This document shows positions 58,618-64,000 of a stretch of 64,000 bases of DNA, piece by piece. Where the stretch lies: assembly GCA_965140585.1 (NCBI GenBank), contig OZ223265.1, positions 343,118 to 407,117 on the forward strand, in the 5' to 3' direction. This stretch comes from Spirochaetia bacterium (GTDB lineage Bacteria > Spirochaetota > Spirochaetia > UBA9216). A program made the position numbers and the translations under genes. Numbering within the stretch: the stretch's first letter is position 1; every line of letters begins with the position of its first letter. A model generated the notes under the pieces. It was given only the letters and a program-made list of their open reading frames with translations. It ran no database searches and was not told where the DNA came from.

Positions 58618-59713
58618 AAAAGGGGCTGCTTCAGTATTCTTTCTACTTCCACCCTGATTGCCTCTGCAGCATCAAACCGGCGGTTCACAGCCTCAACAAT
58701 TTCCGGCGAAGCACCTTTTTTTGCAATGGACTCAGCCCTCCGATCATTAAGAGTTCTTATTTCGGTACCTGACAGAAGTTTATCTGCCAGATACAGTATA
58801 GAAGCCTCAGATAGAGTTTCACCTGCATTGAATCCCGGTTCCATATGAACTGCGGTAATATCGGCAGCAGCATCGAGGCCGTGGAGCCGAAGAATACCGG
58901 CACCCCGGGCAGCATGATCAGGACGTGTTTTTGCAATATCATGAAGCAATCCGGCCGTCCTCAGCAAGGGAACGGAAAGCTCCAGCCCTTCGGAATTCAG
59001 ACGACTTCCTATATCTGCTGCCAGTTCGGCAGTTTTTTTTACTGTGTTCAATTACCGCCTGCGGCAGCTTATAATATTCCAGCAAGCTCAGACACCTGTC
59101 CGGCACGGGATACTGGCACTCAGCATAGAAATCAACAAGCTGTGCATAGTTCTCTGCGGTATCCATATCCTTAAGAATTGCCGGGTCATCTATATCAAGC
59201 TCAAAAGATATATTCTCATGTGATTCAAGAATCTTTTTCAGTCCCCCCTCCCCGGGGTATGATAAAATGTCATTGAAAATTTCAGCTGGGATAAGCGGAG
59301 GATGTCCCCGCTTCCCATTAAACACCGGATAAACAATCCTGCCGGGAGATACTTCATAGCGTTCAATCATTGAAATTATTGTAAATGCAGTCACAAGCGG
59401 AATATCAACAGGCAGCATGAATACCGCATCGGCGGGATCTGCGGCTCTTATCCCTGCCTTTACCGAGGTGAACATGCCTTCCGGATAATCGGAGTTGTAA
59501 ACTGCACGGGCACCGGTATTTTCTACTGCAGCGGTAATATTCACTGAATCATGCCCCGTAACAGCAATGATATCAGACAGACCAGCAAAGCCTGAACATT
59601 CTGATCATACGTACAACCGCCGGAAACCCGCCTATATCCATAAGAGCCTTGGTCTGCCCCATTCGGGAAGAGAAGCCTGCTGCCGGAATCACAGCTGCAT
59701 AGCGGTATTTCAA
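58614..59713 (-). CDS. MocA-like NTP-transferase fused to an HD domain; two apparent frameshifts
   Basis: Starts TTG 59713 with AAVIPAAGFSSRMGQTKAL, then GMFTS, PVDIP, GHPP, LLHDIAK and LADK. Frames join if one base is removed at ~59587-59589 and one at ~59033-59040. Confidence 0.75.
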
Positions 59714-59718
59714 GAATT

Positions 59719-61242
59719 TCAGCTTTTCTTTTTATTGCTGAGCGGAAATGGATTGACCTTGTCGTAACGGTTACCGTCAGCATCTGAATAGGCTCCGGAT
59801 TTACGATAAATACGAACTTCAAAATGAAGATGGGGACCGGTAGATCGGCCTGTGTTGCCTATGAGTCCGATAGTATCACCGGTATTAACCCAGTCGTCCT
59901 TTTTGACCGGAATATCTTCGTAAAGATGAGCATAGAAGGTTGTCCAGGCTTCAGCATCAGGATATAGAGTCTTTATCTCCCGGGAGAGTGCATGTGATAT
60001 TTCTACAGTATTTCCGTAGCGGGAATCATTCTCCATAGTACGCTTTACAACCCCCTCAAAAGAGGCGACTACATCACCATTCGGCATGCCTTCCCTGACT
60101 ATCTCACCCGCATAGGAAATAAAATCAATATTGGCAACATTGATGATATCAACAGCGAAATGCGGAGAAACTCCTCCTGAACCGAGAGGGTCTTCACGCT
60201 TCTCCATATATCCGTCGGTAATACGAAAGCCGCGGCCGTCATTATCAAGACCTGCTACCTCAACCGGGTATATCATCTCACTGAAAACAGGCGCATAGCG
60301 GCTGAGCGGGTTAACCCTCTGTTCCTCGGTAGCCAGAAAAATTCTCGCCTGATACTCTTCAGACGGAAGCTGAGACATTTCATATATGATTTCACCGTAG
60401 GAAAACAGATTCAAGAATATTCGAGGCTATCAGACGGTAGGCTTCCTTTCGGGCGGGAAGATACTTTGTAAGCTCCTCCGCAAGGCGCATGACATTCACA
60501 TATGCATTATGACGGTTGAAATCGAAGTCAGCCTTTGATTTCTCCATATTTTCTTTCAGCACTTCGAGCTCGCCGCCCGCATCTGCCATGAAAGAATCGA
60601 TATTCTTCATCTGATTGCCTATCTGAAGAAGATATTCGTCAATAGTTACATCCAGGCCCTTCTGTATCCGGTTAACCTGAACAAAATAGCTTCCTACAAA
60701 AAAGGCAAGAACAAGAACAGCAAGGGACAGGATGGGTACAAAAACCGCCGGATGAAGAGCCAGTTCGTTGTAAATTCCGCTAAAAAAACGGGAAATCCTG
60801 CCTTTGGACAGAGAAAGCTTCTCAAAACTGTAATCATAATCGGCCGCAATAAACTCTTCGGTATAGTAGAAACCGGAATTATTAAGTCGGCGGTATATGC
60901 TGTCTATACGGATATTAAGATCTGAAAGTTCATCGAGCAGGTTAACAAGGATTACATGTTTACCCTCGCGTTCGAGGCTTAAAACCTGCCAGTAACCGTC
61001 TTTTTTGAAACTCCAGTTACGGAAAATCCGGTTTTCACCGTCATTTGCAACAAGAATCTCCTGGAGATGGATGTTATGCTCATTAACTTTGGTGATATTG
61101 ATGTAAAAACGTCCGTTCACCCCGCTTCCCCTGGGTATTCAATGACAGGAGAAGAGAAACTTCTGCCGTCACGAAGCCATTCAAGGGCCGAGCTGATAAT
61201 GCGGTGAATCATTTTTGTTGTAATACTGGTCTTATCTGACAT
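59719..61242 (-). CDS. membrane-anchored M23 family metallopeptidase; apparent frameshifts
   Basis: TM and coiled coil, then HFAVD, YGN, YAHL and GNTGRSTGPHLHFE. Frames join at ~60402-60405 and ~61120-61135. Confidence 0.7.
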
Positions 61243-61403
61243 CCTCTTCCATTATAGTAAACTGAAATTCAAACTTCCACATATAAGGTTAAATTCGGCT
61301 TTTCATTGATTATTCTGTTTTAATTTTTTTAAAAGACGCGGGCTGCAGATAAAAAATAATAAAAATCATGATTTGAATCAAGTGAAGTACTCTTAAATCA
61401 GAG

Positions 61404-61440
61404 AAAAAAAGAGCTGACCGGAGAATTTCCGGCCAACTTT
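61404..61440 (-). terminator. intrinsic terminator of the crt-hbd-adh operon
   Basis: CCGGA/TCCGG-centred stem, with a T7 tail on the minus strand. Confidence 0.65.
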
Positions 61441-61507
61441 TGGAACGAAGTTTGCATTATCTGTGAGTTACACAGCCTTCTGCAGCGCATACATCTATGC
61501 GCAGTCC

Positions 61508-62648
61508 TCAGCGTCCCCAGGCCTCTGTATAAATATCAAAGGCGTCTTTCTGAGTCACTTCCCTCGGATTATTGACAAGAAGCCTTGTCTGATCCATTAC
61601 AGAAACCGACATCGGCTGAATGGCTGATTCCGGAATATCAATGGCTTTAAGGTTCCGGGGCAGTTTCACATCAACACAGAGCTTTTCAACCTCAGTAATA
61701 CAGTCCTGCCAGTCGGCACCGGACTTTCCCGAAAGCAGTTCAGCCACATGACCAAAGCGCTCTTTCTTTGCAGAAGCGTTGAATTTAATAATTACAGGCA
61801 GCATAAGGCTGTTCGCCATACCATGAGGGACATGAAACATGCCGCCAAGCGGATAAGCAAAGGCATGAACTGCGGTTACTCCGGCGTTTGCGAAGGCAAT
61901 TCCCGCCATAAGGCTACCAAGAAGCATGTTCTCGCGTGCTTTCACATCACTGCCATTGCTGAAGGCCGTTCTGATATTAGTTCCGATAAGTTCGATGGCC
62001 TTTACAGCCAGTGAATCGCTGAAATCGGTGGCATTTGCCGAGGTATAAGCCTCAACACAGTGGCAGAGAGCATCCATTCCTGTAGGCGCGGTAATGTGCG
62101 GTGGAAGACCGACTGTCAGAAGAGGGTCAAGAAAGGGCGTATTTAGGCATGATAAAGGGTGTACCGAAGCCTTTTTTTGTCTCATTTTCAAGATCTGAAA
62201 GGATTGAGAGGTAGGTAACCTCAGAACCTGTACCCGCAGTCGTCGGAACTGCAAGAATGGGCAGTCCGGGTTTCGCAAGTATTCCAACACCAAGATACTG
62301 CTTTATGCGGCCCTCATTCCCGACAAGGGCCGCAGCTACCTTGGCTGAATCGATTGAAGAACCGCCGCCCAGTCCGATTACCGCCTCAGCACCGCTGTGA
62401 CGTGCCTTCTCGGCAATACTGTCCACCAGCTGCATACTTGGATCCGGCTGAACATCATCAACCAGGACAATCTTCTTTCCAGCATCTTCGAGGATCTTTT
62501 TAACCTTATCGTAGATTCCGACCTTGATTATTCCCTGATCGGTAACCACCATTACAGTATTGGCACTAAGCGCATCCAGAGCTGCCGGAATTTCTGCAAT
62601 AGCATTTTCTCCGATTTTCACCTGCGGAACAGGCCATATATTCATCAT
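61508..62648 (-). CDS. iron-containing alcohol dehydrogenase; one apparent frameshift
   Basis: Motifs GGGSSIDSAK, PTTAGTGSE, GMDALCH, AVHA and PHG. Frames join at ~62131-62137. Confidence 0.85.
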
Positions 62649-62659
62649 AATTTATCTCC

Positions 62660-63510
62660 TTAGTTATATGTGTAAAATCCGCGTCCGGTCTTTCTGCCGA
62701 GATATCCGGCAGCTACCATTCTGCGAAGAAACGGTGAAGGCCGGTATTTGGGGTCACCGAAATCGCTGTATAAAACTTCCATAATCTTGAGGCAGACATC
62801 AAGTCCTACAAGATCACCCAGAGCCAGCGGTCCAATGGGATGATTAGCTCCCAGCTTCATTATTGAATCGATCGATTCAGCATCGGTAATACCGTTATCA
62901 AGACATTCAGCGCCCTCGTTTATAAGCGGAATAAGGATACGGTTGAGAACAAAGCCCGGGAATCCTTTACAAGAACTCCGGTCTTTCCAAGTTTCTCACA
63001 GAGCGCCATCACTGTATCTATTGTCTCCTGCGAACTTTGGAGAGCAGTAATAACCTCGATAAGCTGCATTACAGGAGCCGGGTTCATAAAATGCACACCG
63101 ATAAACCTTTCCTGCAGTTTAACTGCAGAAGCGAGCTCGGTGATAGAAATAGTTGATGTGTTGCTGGCAATAATGCACTGCTCAGAAACAGCGTCCTCAA
63201 CCTGTCTGAAGATGTTCTTTTTCAGTTCCCTGTCCTCAAGAACTGCTTCTATAACAATCCCGCAGTCTGCAAAATCCTTCACATCTGCGGAACTGCTTAT
63301 ATTCGAGAGGATTTCATCCCTCCGTTCAGCAGTAATTTTTTCTTTCTGAACAAGCTTATCAAGGTTCCGGGTTATAGCGGTAAGACTTCTTGAAGCCTCA
63401 CCCTCCACTACTGAAACAAGATGTGTTTTAAAACCGGCAGAAGCAAAAACCTGAATTATTCCGGTTCCCATTGTTCCGCCTCCGAAGACTCCTGCTTTTT
63501 CTATATTCAA
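62660..63510 (-). CDS. hbd: 3-hydroxybutyryl-CoA dehydrogenase; one apparent frameshift
   Basis: Motifs GGGTMG, ASNTS, HFMNP and GANHPIGPL. Adding one base at 62958-62960 restores DSPGFVLNR. Confidence 0.88.
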
Positions 63511-64000
63511 CTTTTATCTCCTTTGTACCAGTCGGGTTTCCGTTTATCGATAAAGGCCTTCTGACCTTCCCTGGAATCAGGATGATCGAAAAGCAGGCCG
63601 AACTTATTCGATTCAAATGCAGTCATTACCTCTATGCTGTTATCCTGGCATTTATTCAGAAGCTCCTTGACTTCACTGACGGCGTTCGGGCTTGCTTTTC
63701 CAATCTCGGCCGCAAGTGCTTTTACAGTATCCATCAGCAGATCTGCCTGAACAACCCTGTTGATAATTCCAAGCCTAAGAGCTTCGGCTGTATCTATCAT
63801 CCTGCCTGTAAAGACCAGTTCCTTGGCTGCAGCCTTCCCGATCCGGTCGGTAAGTCTCTTGCTGCCGCCGAAGCCGGGAATGATGCCGAGGGTGGTCTCG
63901 GGCAGCCCGAGTTTTGCGGTATCTGCAGCATATGCAAAATCACACGACAGTACAAGTTCAAGCCCGCCGCCCAGAGCATAGCCGTTCACGGCCGCAATTA
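63507..64000 (-). CDS. crt: enoyl-CoA hydratase/crotonase, 5' end outside the window
   Basis: Motifs AAVNGYALGGGLEL, GLPETTLGIIPGFGG and EG..AF..KR.P. Confidence 0.85.
   Translation of the reverse strand, partial: IAAVNGYALGGGLELVLSCDFAYAADTAKLGLPETTLGIIPGFGGSKRLTDRIGKAAAKELVFTGRMIDTAEALRLGIINRVVQADLLMDTVKALAAEIGKASPNAVSEVKELLNKCQDNSIEVMTAFESNKFGLLFDHPDSREGQKAFIDKRKPDWYKGDKS

Noticed and set aside
1-64000. rRNA, tRNA, IS/integrase, prophage or defence genes
   Set aside because: None recognised by eye. Intergenic gaps are short and mostly explained by promoters and terminators.

Overview
This is a gene-dense bacterial chromosomal segment. The binding proteins have Cys-less 'FAGGQQD/FAGGQKE' N-termini and the gene content is fermentative and sugar-rich, which suggests a free-living Spirochaetota (inference). 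Genes in order: degenerate M20-like protein, glucosyl-3-phosphoglycerate synthase, lplA, acyl-CoA ligase, liv ABC operon, nitroreductase, orphan ectB, creD with a divergent ChvI/ChvG-like two-component system, and coaX-pdxS-pdxT. Next is a compact RiPP-like cassette (18160-21187): a small Asp/Thr/Ser-rich lipoprotein, a nucleotidyltransferase, an S26-type peptidase, an HPr-kinase-like kinase and a PqqD/RRE protein, with no lasso cyclase or radical SAM. This cassette is the best candidate for an undescribed system. It is followed by L-rhamnose catabolism, a TRAP-kduI-kduD-IclR locus carrying an apparent deletion scar, myo-inositol catabolism with a divergent atypical transaldolase, cls, glpK, a small beta-barrel protein, an Fe/B12-type ABC transporter, an RlmD-type methyltransferase, a MocA-HD protein, an M23 peptidase and adh-hbd-crt. 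The last ~5.5 kb carry several homopolymer frameshifts that are probably sequencing errors. I saw no rRNA, tRNA, CRISPR array or IS element. All product calls come from motif recognition by eye; no database searches were run.
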